63,768 nt of DNA, filler included, from an uncultured bacterium (GCA_964449065.1; 11 parts of 11 records of this genome joined end to end with filler, not necessarily neighbours in it), one strand, 5' to 3'; numbered from the whole stretch's first letter, positions 1 through 9,741 are shown. Program-made: numbers and translations. The notes: generated from the letters alone by a model not told the origin.

Positions 1-268
1 TTAAAGCTCGCAACAATACCTACCGTATAAAATTTTGCGTAACATGAGTTAATAATCAATTTTGGTTACCGGTTCTTTAGGTATTCTTTTTGATTTTTCA
101 AGGACTACACTTCACAATAGGAAGGCGAACCTGATTCGCTCATCCTGTTTCCCTTCGTTATAAATGTTGGCAAGATCGTTAGAGCAATTTTCGTTTGTAT
201 AAAGGCCGACATTGCGCGTACTTACTCGCTGTAGCCGGTGCTCTCCAGCGATTCAACTCTGAAACGCG

Positions 269-1615
269 CTAATACAGTTCCCAAGAAGGTACGGCCGAAT
301 CTTCGATTGCGTTGTTCTTAAATACATACACCCGGCCGCTAACGGCGTTCTCCGCGCGCGCTGCATCAAGAATTGTGCATAAAACAGCAAGGTCTGTGTC
401 GCCGTCTCCGTCAAAATCATCTTTCACGGAAAAACGCGGTTCTTCCTCGATTGCCAAGGCTGCAACTTCAGTAAAAAATCCATTATCGTTCTCAAATAAT
501 TTCAAGCGGGGTACCAGCAGCGCCCCTTGTTCAACCTGCTGTACTTCTTGGACGGATACTAGCAAATCCACATCGCCATCCATATCAAAATCTTCCGCCG
601 CGACCGAATAGGCGATTCCAACCAAATCGATACTCTGTGCCGGGGTTAAGGTATCACCGGTATTGAGCATGATCTCGACCGATGCTTCCTGCCCCAAAAA
701 ACTTAATACATTATCGGGAGCGGACTGCCCGACCAATGTCACGGCAATGTCGGTTAAGCCGTCGCCGTTAAAATCCGCGGTATCTAAATCCCACGGGGCA
801 AAATCCACGGGAATCGTGACAAAGGGATTCACTCCCGCGTTCGAACCCAAAAACAGTGTGACATTTGTTTCTTCTAAAATGAGATTTAATTCCGGAATGG
901 TTATCGTCGGAATCCCTTGATTTAAGCCTACTACATCCAAAAACCCGTCATCATTAAAATCAAAGGCGAGTTCATCGACAACACTGCCTTGTACCTCAAC
1001 TTCCTGTGCGGTAGTAAAATTGCGGTTGCCTTGATTTTCAAAGAGATCGATGCCGGAATCAAATGTTATGATGCTGGCTAAATCAAATGCCAACTCTCCA
1101 TTATTGCCCACAATCACATCATTCATTCCATCTTGATTAAAATCGGTGATAATGACGGAAGAGGGGACACCGCGCATCCCGATGGATTTTTGTTCGTAAC
1201 TTCCATCTCCGTTGTTAAAGAGCATCACAAAACGGGCATTGGTAAACGGAACATTGGTGTTTTCGATGTTTTGCAACTGGGCGGCCGCGATGTCATCCAG
1301 CCCATCGCCATCCAAATCGCCCACGCTTAATGCCACCGGGTGCAGCAGGTCATTTTGCAATGGCAGTTCGATAATCTCCGTGAATTCTCCGGTGCCGTCA
1401 TTCAAGGCGATCGTGAACGCGTGGTCAAAAATATCCGCGATGACCAGATCAATATCTCCATCGCCATCGATATCACCGGAATCAATGGTGCTGCTTTGCA
1501 ATCCCGTAAAAAAGATTTGCGACAATTCGATTTTGAGTTCAGCCCAAGTTGGCTGTGTGGTCATTACAGTGGCCCATCCAATAAGACCGATTGCCAAAAG
1601 TACATGTTTCTTCAT
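269..1615 (-). CDS. Secreted FG-GAP/VCBS repeat (beta-propeller) protein with C-terminal SAVPSWELY motif
   Basis: Repeated GD[ILF][DN]GDGxxD motifs. N-terminal signal peptide MKKHVLLAIGLIG...TWA, with ATG at 1615 chosen as start. Confidence 0.85.
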   Translation of the reverse strand: MKKHVLLAIGLIGWATVMTTQPTWAELKIELSQIFFTGLQSSTIDSGDIDGDGDIDLVIADIFDHAFTIALNDGTGEFTEIIELPLQNDLLHPVALSVGDLDGDGLDDIAAAQLQNIENTNVPFTNARFVMLFNNGDGSYEQKSIGMRGVPSSVIITDFNQDGMNDVIVGNNGELAFDLASIITFDSGIDLFENQGNRNFTTAQEVEVQGSVVDELAFDFNDDGFLDVVGLNQGIPTITIPELNLILEETNVTLFLGSNAGVNPFVTIPVDFAPWDLDTADFNGDGLTDIAVTLVGQSAPDNVLSFLGQEASVEIMLNTGDTLTPAQSIDLVGIAYSVAAEDFDMDGDVDLLVSVQEVQQVEQGALLVPRLKLFENDNGFFTEVAALAIEEEPRFSVKDDFDGDGDTDLAVLCTILDAARAENAVSGRVYVFKNNAIEDSAVPSWELY

Positions 1616-1784
1616 ATCTTTACCCTCGAAATGGTTAAATTGAATAAACGAATACAATAACAGTAGTACAGTTTCTCATAGACAAAGTAACAAATTTGTG
1701 AAAATTTGTCACAAAAAAATAAAATGGTTGCTAAATCACTTCCAAAAAACTATATTGATAGAAAAAAGTGGAAATGTAAGTCCA

Positions 1785-2345
1785 ATGAATAAGAGAACCC
1801 AGGCGTTTACACTCATCGAATTACTCATTGTGGTAGCCATCATCGCCATTTTGGTGCTGATTGTGGTGCCGAATTTTATTACCGCGTTGGTGAAAAGCCG
1901 AGTCGCCCGCAGCCAAGCTGATATTAACTCTATCAGCAACGCCATCATGATGTATCGTACGGATAGCAATCGGTTACCGCCGTTATTGTTACCCGGAGAA
2001 GGCACGCAAGTTGTTTTAAAGCCCCAACATATTTCGCAACTCTTTTATTTGACTACACCTATATCTTATATAAATGCCAGTTCAGTCGAAAGCCCGTTTT
2101 CGTTTACGCACGGCTACTGGTATTACAATTGGGAATTTTTTGTCGAAACCACCGGCAAACCGCGTATGTTTTATTGGAACAACCGCAACAATCCCGAACC
2201 CTCCACCTGGATGATTTCGACAATCGGTCCTAACGGTATCCAATTCCCCTACCAAGTGCTGGAAGACAACATTCTAATGTTTCACGATTACAATCCCACC
2301 AACGGTATTGTCAGTGGCGGCATCATCCAAAAACATGGGACGTAA
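1785..2345 (+). CDS. GspG-like type II secretion pseudopilin / prepilin N-methylation domain protein
   Basis: Class III signal KRTQA|FTLIELLIVVAII. LTTPISY and SxGPNG motifs shared with the genes at 35732 and 60797. Confidence 0.85.
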   Translation: MNKRTQAFTLIELLIVVAIIAILVLIVVPNFITALVKSRVARSQADINSISNAIMMYRTDSNRLPPLLLPGEGTQVVLKPQHISQLFYLTTPISYINASSVESPFSFTHGYWYYNWEFFVETTGKPRMFYWNNRNNPEPSTWMISTIGPNGIQFPYQVLEDNILMFHDYNPTNGIVSGGIIQKHGT

Positions 2346-2453
2346 CCAAACCCTCATCAACTCGTACTTAAATCCCGGCACGAAAAGTTGTTGATTGATC
2401 CCGGTTTGGATACACTATCCATGCGATCAAGATTCTATATAAAGGGTTAGAAT

Positions 2454-5400
2454 ATGTTTCGATTATATCTGCTAGTGCTTTTCATTTCTTTGGGGTTTCT
2501 AACATATCCTCTCTCCTATTCAAAAGCACCTGTCCCAACAAGCAATGATCAAAACCGCATAATCGTTGTTTTAAAAGACCAGCCCGTATTGGTCTATCAA
2601 AAAGAACTTTCCGGCAGCAAAACGATCCATTCCGCGCGATTTCAAGCCAAATCGGCCGCCGCTCAACTCTACGCGGATGGCATCGCCGCCAAACAGCGTA
2701 GCGTGGAAACATCGATCAAGCAAATCGATCCAACCGCAAACGTCCTCAACCGTATGGCGCATGTCATCAACGCAATGGTTGTATCGATGGATGCATCGCT
2801 ACAAGATCAACTGCGTTCTATTCCGGAAGTCAAATACACAGCTCCCGTTACCAAAGTCAGGCCCTTCTTAACCCGCAGCCATACCGTGATGAATGTTGAA
2901 CCGGCTTGGGAGCAAGTGGGTGGACAGGAACAAGGCGGAGAAGGAATCTTCATCGCGGTAATCGATACCGGGATCGATGTGACCCATCCTTCTTTTGAGG
3001 ACGAAGGCTACGAGCGTCCCCAAGGGTTTCCCAAGGGCAATACACAGTTCACCAACAACAAAGTCATTGCCGCAAGAACCTTTCCCCCACCCGGCACACC
3101 ACAAGACGATGTTACGCCGGATGATACAGATGGCCACGGAACCAATGTGGCTTCGATTGCCGCGTCCAATCTGGTTTCATCCCCCTTGGGGTTAATGTCT
3201 GGCGTTGCACCCAAAGCATTTTTGGGGAACTATAAAATATTTTTTAGGGATGGGGCAGGCAGCGACCAAGTGATTGCGGGCATCAATGCCGCGGTACAAG
3301 ACGGTGCCCATGTCTTGAGCATGAGCTTCGGTTCCGAAGAATATGCCGATCCCCAGCATGACCCGCAAGTCGAAGCGGTCCAAAACGCCATCGATATGGG
3401 GGTAACCTGTGTATTTGCAGCCGGAAACGAAGGCCGCCCCCTCATGATCGGCAACCCGCAACAAGTTGAAGACGCCATAGCCGTGGCCGCTTCCCAAAAC
3501 GCGCACAATTCATCCGGGGATCCCAATACCTTATCATTCTCCGCCATTATTGAAGACATAACACAAGTATTATCCAATGTAAACGCCAACTTTGGCTTTG
3601 GTATCGATCGATTGATTGAACCACACATTGGGACATTTCGTATTCAAGATGTGGATGTGCTGGATGGCGGAGAATTCGGCGGGGAATCGGACGGATTGCT
3701 ATGTGAAGACCTCCCGGAAGATGTACGCATCGACGATTGGCTTTTGGTGCGCCGCGGGGATTGCCTATTTACCGATAAGGTCAACCGGGCACAAGCGGCT
3801 GGTGCGAAAGGGGTTATTTTTTACGACAACAACTTTAATCAGGATTTAAATACCTTTCATGGTGTAGAAAACACGCAAATCCCCAGTTTAATCATATCCA
3901 ATGTACATGGCAGGCAATTAAAAACCGCGATAGCCACTGGAAAAGAAGTTTTTATCACCATCGAACCCCGTGTTCGTGAAACCGATCCCAATAAAATGGC
4001 CTCATTCAGCAATCTCGGCCCTTCCGTCAACTTCACCGTTAAACCGGATATTTCAGCAATCGGTTTGGGAAGTTTCGGCGCCACGCAAAATGATTTTAAC
4101 AATTCCGGAGAACAAAATGAAAACGGGTTTGCCAGTTACACCTGGCTGGATGGCACCAGTATGGCAACCCCCCGCATCTCCGGTGTGGCGGCACTGGTTA
4201 AGCAACAACATCCGGATTGGCCCCCCGCTTGGATTAAATCCGCCATCGTGTTAAGCGCAACCCGAAGATTAACCAGCCCGTTTAGCGACAATCCGGCGGA
4301 AATCATCAAGCAAGGAGGTGGTTTGGCGGATACCGGTGCGGCATTGAATATTGACACCTTAGTGGTTCCGCCTATTGTAGGATTTGGGGCGCAATCGGTG
4401 TTTGCCAATTCATCTGTATCGCGTTGGATTGAAATAGTCAATACTTCCGGCCAAGAATATACGTACTCATTATTTCAAATCCAAACGCCAAACAAACCGA
4501 TATTGATCCCATCCATATCACAGTTCATTTTAAGCCCAGGTGAATCCATCCACTTTCCCGTTACCATGCAGCTGAACAACCAAATGCTGATTCAAGATCA
4601 TGAAGTGGTTCTCTTTCTGGAAAATTTAACGACCGGAGAAAAACAAGTCATTCCAACTTGGGTTAGATTATCAAACAATGTTCCGCCTTCCGGTGATATT
4701 CTGCTGGTTGATGACGATGAAGGCCGCACCTTTGAGACCTTCTATTCCCAACTGCTGTCAGAATTGGGTGAATCGTTCACCCGGTGGGATGTGAATCTTC
4801 AGGGAGAGCAATATCCAAACCTCAGTTATCTCCGCAACTTTAAAACTGTTATATGGTTTATGGGGGAAAAAAGTTTAAACACGCTGGGAGATGAAACCTC
4901 CCGCATATATTTAGAAGCCTTCAATTCCCGCCATTTGTATGAAACCGCGATGGCGCAATATTTGGCGGAAGGCGGCACCCTGTTCCTTTCCGGCCAGGAT
5001 TTTATGGATGACAAAGAATCCGCCATGATTTCCCGCGAGGTGTTGCACACGTTCATACGGGATAACAAATTCACCTTTCCTACCATTGATCGTGACGCTA
5101 CCGCGAACACCATTCAAGGCGTTGCCGACAACCCGGTGTTCAATGGTCTTGGGCCGTTTGAATTATCGTTTCCGGATAATTTTGAAGACCTAAGCGACCG
5201 TTTGTTTCCCGATGACGATACCGCACAACCTGCGTTCTTCTCCAACGGATCACAACGGCGTTTTGTGGGGATGACAGTAGATGCCTGCTCTTACAAAGCC
5301 GTGTTCTTGGCGTTTCCTTTGGAAGCGCTGAATGAAGCCGATGCCGGGCAAGTCTTATCCCGTTCTTTGGATTGGTTTGATGAGGGAGTCGTGCGCAGCC

Positions 5401-5714
5401 GTCCGAAATTGGCGTCAATTTCTCCACAGCAAATAGAGTTGAGCGATGCCCCCCAACCGCTGCAAGTGGAAATCAACGGAGAAGGATTTGCCTTGTTGAA
5501 CGGCTACCGTGCCTATTTGGGAGATACCGCGTTGATGGATGAAGCACGGCAATCCTGCAGCCTGTTAACGGCAACCATCCCCGCTGATATGAAAGAAGGG
5601 ACATATACGCTTCGAGTTGTAACTGGTGCAGGGCATCAACTGGTGCTGCCAAACGCGTTTGAAGTGATTCATACGCCGCCCGTTACAATTGAGAATTGGG
5701 AAGTGTTGGATTGA
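2454..5714 (+). CDS. S8 subtilase (Vpr-like) with I9 prodomain, PA domain and C-terminal Ig-like/IPT domains; ends VTIENWEVLD
   Basis: Catalytic motifs IDTG, HGT, AAGN and GTSMA. PA motif RRGDCLFTDK. Signal peptide present. Confidence 0.9.
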   Translation: MFRLYLLVLFISLGFLTYPLSYSKAPVPTSNDQNRIIVVLKDQPVLVYQKELSGSKTIHSARFQAKSAAAQLYADGIAAKQRSVETSIKQIDPTANVLNRMAHVINAMVVSMDASLQDQLRSIPEVKYTAPVTKVRPFLTRSHTVMNVEPAWEQVGGQEQGGEGIFIAVIDTGIDVTHPSFEDEGYERPQGFPKGNTQFTNNKVIAARTFPPPGTPQDDVTPDDTDGHGTNVASIAASNLVSSPLGLMSGVAPKAFLGNYKIFFRDGAGSDQVIAGINAAVQDGAHVLSMSFGSEEYADPQHDPQVEAVQNAIDMGVTCVFAAGNEGRPLMIGNPQQVEDAIAVAASQNAHNSSGDPNTLSFSAIIEDITQVLSNVNANFGFGIDRLIEPHIGTFRIQDVDVLDGGEFGGESDGLLCEDLPEDVRIDDWLLVRRGDCLFTDKVNRAQAAGAKGVIFYDNNFNQDLNTFHGVENTQIPSLIISNVHGRQLKTAIATGKEVFITIEPRVRETDPNKMASFSNLGPSVNFTVKPDISAIGLGSFGATQNDFNNSGEQNENGFASYTWLDGTSMATPRISGVAALVKQQHPDWPPAWIKSAIVLSATRRLTSPFSDNPAEIIKQGGGLADTGAALNIDTLVVPPIVGFGAQSVFANSSVSRWIEIVNTSGQEYTYSLFQIQTPNKPILIPSISQFILSPGESIHFPVTMQLNNQMLIQDHEVVLFLENLTTGEKQVIPTWVRLSNNVPPSGDILLVDDDEGRTFETFYSQLLSELGESFTRWDVNLQGEQYPNLSYLRNFKTVIWFMGEKSLNTLGDETSRIYLEAFNSRHLYETAMAQYLAEGGTLFLSGQDFMDDKESAMISREVLHTFIRDNKFTFPTIDRDATANTIQGVADNPVFNGLGPFELSFPDNFEDLSDRLFPDDDTAQPAFFSNGSQRRFVGMTVDACSYKAVFLAFPLEALNEADAGQVLSRSLDWFDEGVVRSRPKLASISPQQIELSDAPQPLQVEINGEGFALLNGYRAYLGDTALMDEARQSCSLLTATIPADMKEGTYTLRVVTGAGHQLVLPNAFEVIHTPPVTIENWEVLD

Positions 5715-5810
5715 AAAGATGACGAAAATAATGATGAATCTGAGTAGTGGGGAAGTAGAATAGTGTTCAACCCATCATGATCCATTAAACTTCTGTCATT
5801 TGTAATTAAA

Positions 5811-5900
5811 TAACTCACGTTACACGCTACATTATGATATGCCCATTTTTCTCATCGTTCGCTGAATCTATCACCCTCTCCCACCGGGAGAGGGACGGGG
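5811..5900 (+). repeat. Repeat family R1 (TAACTCAYGTTACGCA end plus CCCTCTCCC-N4-GGGAGAGGG hairpin), cut by contig end
   Basis: Near-identical to 35243-35382, 57980-58177 and the reverse complement of 29682-29736. Confidence 0.85.
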
Positions 5901-6000
5901 NNNNNNNNNNNNNNNNNNNNNNNNNNNNNNNNNNNNNNNNNNNNTTAATTAATTAANNNNNNNNNNNNNNNNNNNNNNNNNNNNNNNNNNNNNNNNNNNN
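5901..6000. other. Artificial contig linker
   Basis: N44-TTAATTAATTAA-N44, stops in all six frames. Identical linkers at 11856-11955, 17808-17907, 23721-23820, 29582-29681, 35383-35482, 41181-41280, 46952-47051, 52583-52682 and 58178-58277. Confidence 0.98.
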
Positions 6001-6573
6001 CAAAAAGCGTTAGACCGCTGCCATGTCGCGCTGTTAATGATCGACGGTTCGACCGGACTCACGGAAACCGACGCCAAAGTCTTCGGTCTCGCCAAAGATG
6101 CCGGCAAAGCCGCCATCATCCTTGTCAACAAATGGGATGTCGCCTTAGAAGACGAACACACCGCTGGTGAGTTCGCCAAACAAATCCGCAAAGAAATGCC
6201 CTTCTTGCATTATGCCCCCATCGAATTCATTTCCGCGATGACCCACAAACGCGTCCACCGCATCTTCCCCCGCATCCAAAAGGTATTGGAAGACTATCAA
6301 CGCCGGGTATCCACCGGGAAACTCAACGACTTATTGGAGGGGATTATCGCGAAAAATCCTCCTCCAATTCACAAAGGCAAATCTCCGAAAATCTACTATT
6401 TAACCCAGGCCGAAACCCAGCCGCCTACCTTCATCGGGTTTGTTAATTACCCCGATGCCATCCATTTTTCCTACCAACGCTATTTGGTGAACCAGCTGTA
6501 TGAAGCGTTCGGCTTTGACGGAACGCCAATTCGGTTATTCTTACGAAAACGCGGAAAACAAACGGAAGAATGA
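6001..6573 (+). CDS. der: Ribosome biogenesis GTPase Der (EngA), 5'-truncated
   Basis: Second G-domain motifs NKWD and ISA, then a KH-like tail (KIYYLTQ, PPTF, YQRYLVN, FGFDGTPI). Confidence 0.95.
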   Translation, partial: QKALDRCHVALLMIDGSTGLTETDAKVFGLAKDAGKAAIILVNKWDVALEDEHTAGEFAKQIRKEMPFLHYAPIEFISAMTHKRVHRIFPRIQKVLEDYQRRVSTGKLNDLLEGIIAKNPPPIHKGKSPKIYYLTQAETQPPTFIGFVNYPDAIHFSYQRYLVNQLYEAFGFDGTPIRLFLRKRGKQTEE

Positions 6574-7268
6574 ACAGCCTTCTCGCTATCGTGATCGCAT
6601 ACATGTTGGGTTCGGTTCCCTCCGCCTACTATGCCGGAAAGTGGATCAAAGGCGTCGATCTGCGCACCGCCGGCAGTGGCAATTTGGGCTTCACCAATGC
6701 GCTTCGTGTCTTGGGGCTCAAATGGAGCATCCCGGTTTTGTTGTTTGATGTGTTAAAAGGCGCGGCAGCCATATTCATTGCCTTTCAACTGACTTCTTTT
6801 CCCATCAATTTCGTGACTGAGATCTCGTATGAAGAAGCCCAATACAAAGATTACGTAATTGTCTTCAGCGGACTCGTTGCAATCATAGGCCATAATTGGA
6901 CGATCTTTCTCGGCTTTAAAGGCGGCGGTAAAGGAGTGGCAACATCCGCGGGGGTATTTTTGGCGCTGACACCCATACCGTTCTTCATCACTCTCGCGGT
7001 CTTTCTTGTGATCCTGTTTTCCTCCCGCTATATGTCGCTGGCATCGATTCTTGGGGCTGTGACATTGGCTGTTAGTTGCTATGGTTTATTTTTCTTGGAT
7101 TCAACTTTCGCTCCCAATAAAGTGACTTTGGGATTTGTATTTATCGCGGCGTTGCTTGTGATCATTCGACACACCGGCAACATGAAACGTTTGCTGGCTG
7201 GGACCGAAAACAAGTTCAGCCTGTCAAAAAGGAAAGAGGCAGTCGATGGAAATCATTCCGGCAATTGA
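6570..7268 (+). CDS. plsY: Glycerol-3-phosphate acyltransferase PlsY
   Basis: GSVP, GSGNLGFTN, GHNW, GGKGVAT and RHTGN motifs. Follows der. Confidence 0.95.
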   Translation: MNSLLAIVIAYMLGSVPSAYYAGKWIKGVDLRTAGSGNLGFTNALRVLGLKWSIPVLLFDVLKGAAAIFIAFQLTSFPINFVTEISYEEAQYKDYVIVFSGLVAIIGHNWTIFLGFKGGGKGVATSAGVFLALTPIPFFITLAVFLVILFSSRYMSLASILGAVTLAVSCYGLFFLDSTFAPNKVTLGFVFIAALLVIIRHTGNMKRLLAGTENKFSLSKRKEAVDGNHSGN

Positions 7269-7983
7269 TTTGCGCGGCGGCAAAGCTGTTCGCTTATATC
7301 AGGGAGACTACGACCAAGAAACCGTCTACTTTGACGACCCGGCCGATGCGGCAAAGCAGTGGGAGTGCGAAGGGGCACCCCGCATCCATTTGGTCGATTT
7401 AGACGGGGCGCGTGACGGCGTGATGAAAAACCGCAAAGCACTTATTACCATCCGCGAAAGCGTCAATGTACCCACTCAACTCGGCGGCGGCATCCGCACG
7501 ATGGAAGATGTGGAGCGCGTGCTGGAAGACATCAAAATCGACCGCGCCATTCTCGGCAGCGTCTTATTGGAACATCCCGCTTTTGCCAAAGAGGCGGCAA
7601 AAAAATACCCGGATCAAATTATTCTCGGCATCGATGCCCGCAACGGCTACATGGCCACCCGCGGCTGGCGCGAAGACAGCACCATCCTCGCCGCCGATGT
7701 TGTCAAAGAATTTGAAGGCTACCCCTTCGCGGCAGTGATTTATACCGACATTGCGATGGATGGAACCCTCAAAGGGCCTAACTACGACGCGCAGGTTGAA
7801 ATGGCGGGTGTCTCTCCCTTTCCGGTGATCGCGTCCGGCGGCGTTGGGACCTTAGAGCACATTAAAGAACTCGCCTACCTCGCTTGCACCGAAGAAGGCC
7901 AAAACATCTGCGGCGTCATCACCGGCAAAGCCCTTTACGAAAAAAAGTTCACCATGAAAGAAGCCCTCGAAGCCGCCATGTAG
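7246..7983 (+). CDS. hisA: ProFAR isomerase HisA
   Basis: IIPAIDL, HLVDLDGA, GGGIR, YTDI..DG and ASGGV motifs. Confidence 0.95.
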   Translation: MEIIPAIDLRGGKAVRLYQGDYDQETVYFDDPADAAKQWECEGAPRIHLVDLDGARDGVMKNRKALITIRESVNVPTQLGGGIRTMEDVERVLEDIKIDRAILGSVLLEHPAFAKEAAKKYPDQIILGIDARNGYMATRGWREDSTILAADVVKEFEGYPFAAVIYTDIAMDGTLKGPNYDAQVEMAGVSPFPVIASGGVGTLEHIKELAYLACTEEGQNICGVITGKALYEKKFTMKEALEAAM

Positions 7984-8243
7984 CATAAGACCAAACTGCA
8001 TATAAAAAGTGAGTGATCGTTCACGCAACCATACGGGATCATGAAACGGTAGGGTGAAACTGTAGGGATCAAAGCGAAGCGTAGCCCACCACTCGCGAAG
8101 CGCAACCCTAGGAGGGCGAGGCTCCCGCCGAGCCGGAAGAACGCTTTTCTTCCCCGATAAGCCGAAATAATAATGGCGTTAAACTTTTATGACCTGAAAA
8201 TGCACCCGCTGTTATTCGCGTGAATTGGCGTGTATTCGCGGTT
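7984..8243 (+). repeat. Repeat family R2 (~260 bp, contains GGAGGGCGAGGCTCCCGCCGAGCC hairpin)
   Basis: Homologous to the reverse complement of 23991-24274. Both copies start right after a TAG stop. Confidence 0.8.
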
Positions 8244-8288
8244 ATACCATACCCAATTTGGATTGTTCACTAAAATCAAAACGGCTTA

Positions 8289-8431
8289 ACAGATTGCTTC
8301 GTTTGATTGCCAAGGAAAAAACTTCTTTAAAACCGGTTGAATTTTTATGGTTTATGGTTCTCTTCGCCCCCCTCTGTCCTCCTTGTGTCGGACATCTCCC
8401 CCAAATGCTTTGGGGGAGACACAGAGGGGAT
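8289..8431 (+). repeat. Repeat family R3 (ends in TCTCCCCCAAA-tgc-TTTGGGGGAGA hairpin)
   Basis: Near-identical to 23821-23960. Partial inverted copy at 46914-46951. Confidence 0.85.
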
Positions 8432-8577
8432 TGTGAAAAACACAATCCCTGAAATTTATTACAAAAAACGCAAAAAATTTTATGAATTCAATGACATTGA
8501 CCCTTAAGTGGGAGGGACAACAACAAATACTGTCTTCTCAATCCTGAAACGCTCTTGCAAAAAATCCCCCTCGATCC

Positions 8578-9498
8578 TCAACGGGGCGGCAGTTTTGGAT
8601 TTAAAGAACTTCCTCTTTTCTGTTGTTCTTCTTTATAAAGTTTCAAATACTCTTCCTTGGTGATGTCATCAATCGGCGGATACCAATTGTCCGCAATCTC
8701 TAAAGCCGATGAAGACAATACATGATAGGTATACGGCTGCGCGTCAATTTCCGGCGAATCGTTAAAACGCGATAGCTGCTTATTGAGTTTTCCTTTCGCC
8801 AACAAAAAGATCAGCAAAAATTCCGGCGGACTTTGCGGATTCTTCACCTTCTTGATCGAACGGAATCCCTGGTTTTCGTCGGCATCTCCATACTGCTTCC
8901 ACAACACATCGCCTTCTTTGGATACCACCGCGGTTCCCACGCTGTATTCCAAATGGCCGGTGGCATCTTTCACCACATCTTCCGCGTGAAACTCGCCGGT
9001 CACCGCAAAATAAAAACCGTGTTGGCGCATATTCACCAGCCCAAACGAAATGTCCGTAAAACTGTACGGCTCCACATGCAGCATCACTTGTGAAGATTCA
9101 ACCGCTTCGCCCTCCGGCACTTCAAACCGCAAACGCTTTTTATCCTCTCCCAGTTCGGTAAAGGGATAAATGATGGAGAGAGGATTGAAATACGTCTTTC
9201 CAAGGTATTCAATGGGTTGATCTTCGTCACCCGGTATCCCCCCCAATTTTGCCCGCTCTCCAATCGCGCGGCGCAAGCTCGGATACAGCCCTTTATAGTC
9301 ATTGCCGTATTTAAACATATACGAGCCGTTCAAATTGATGAATTCCCGCCCCGCGGCTTTGGCCTCGTTTACTTCCTCAAGCGTTTTGCAGGTGGCAATG
9401 TCATAATCCTCCGGATTCGGCCGGTCTTGCGCCATGACCGAATGAGAAAGAGTTATGAAAAGTGCTATGGTAACACTTAGGATTTGTCGTGCTTTCAT
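8578..9498 (-). CDS. Hypothetical secreted protein
   Basis: Long ORF with signal peptide MKARQILSVTIALF...VMA. No family recognised. Confidence 0.65.
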   Translation of the reverse strand: MKARQILSVTIALFITLSHSVMAQDRPNPEDYDIATCKTLEEVNEAKAAGREFINLNGSYMFKYGNDYKGLYPSLRRAIGERAKLGGIPGDEDQPIEYLGKTYFNPLSIIYPFTELGEDKKRLRFEVPEGEAVESSQVMLHVEPYSFTDISFGLVNMRQHGFYFAVTGEFHAEDVVKDATGHLEYSVGTAVVSKEGDVLWKQYGDADENQGFRSIKKVKNPQSPPEFLLIFLLAKGKLNKQLSRFNDSPEIDAQPYTYHVLSSSALEIADNWYPPIDDITKEEYLKLYKEEQQKRGSSLNPKLPPR

Positions 9499-9604
9499 GG
9501 TTTTTCCTTTTACTTGATACGTTATAAACAATATTGGATGTTTTGTATATTCATGTAGTATATCGTAAGAACGCTAAACTGAAAATTACCGGCATATTCC
9601 CGTT

Positions 9605-9705
9605 TAGAGCAGTTTCCAAAAGTATGTTCGTATTGGGGAGCATCGGCTTCCAGCCGGTACAGGATAAAACGTTTTGTAATCCGAACGTATTTTTGGCAAT
9701 CCCTA
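9605..9705. mobile_element. Short inverted-repeat-bounded (MITE-like) element with internal REP-like hairpin
   Basis: Left end TAGAGCAGTTTCCAAAAGTATGTTCG versus right-end reverse complement TAGGGATTGCCAAAAATACGTTCG. Internal GCATCGGCTTCCAGCCGGT. Confidence 0.5.
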
Positions 9706-9741
9706 TAATGATTTGATGGAGTCTCTCATCAATGGAGCATT

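Noticed and set aside
5901..6000. Recurrent TTAATTAATTAA within N runs as a biological repeat
   Set aside because: It is a fixed 100-bp artificial linker. Contig lengths fall monotonically, so the contigs are size-sorted and not neighbours.
8225..8452. Paralogous small ORFs at 8225 and 23826
   Set aside because: They are translations of the non-coding R3 repeat, and the reading frames are not conserved.
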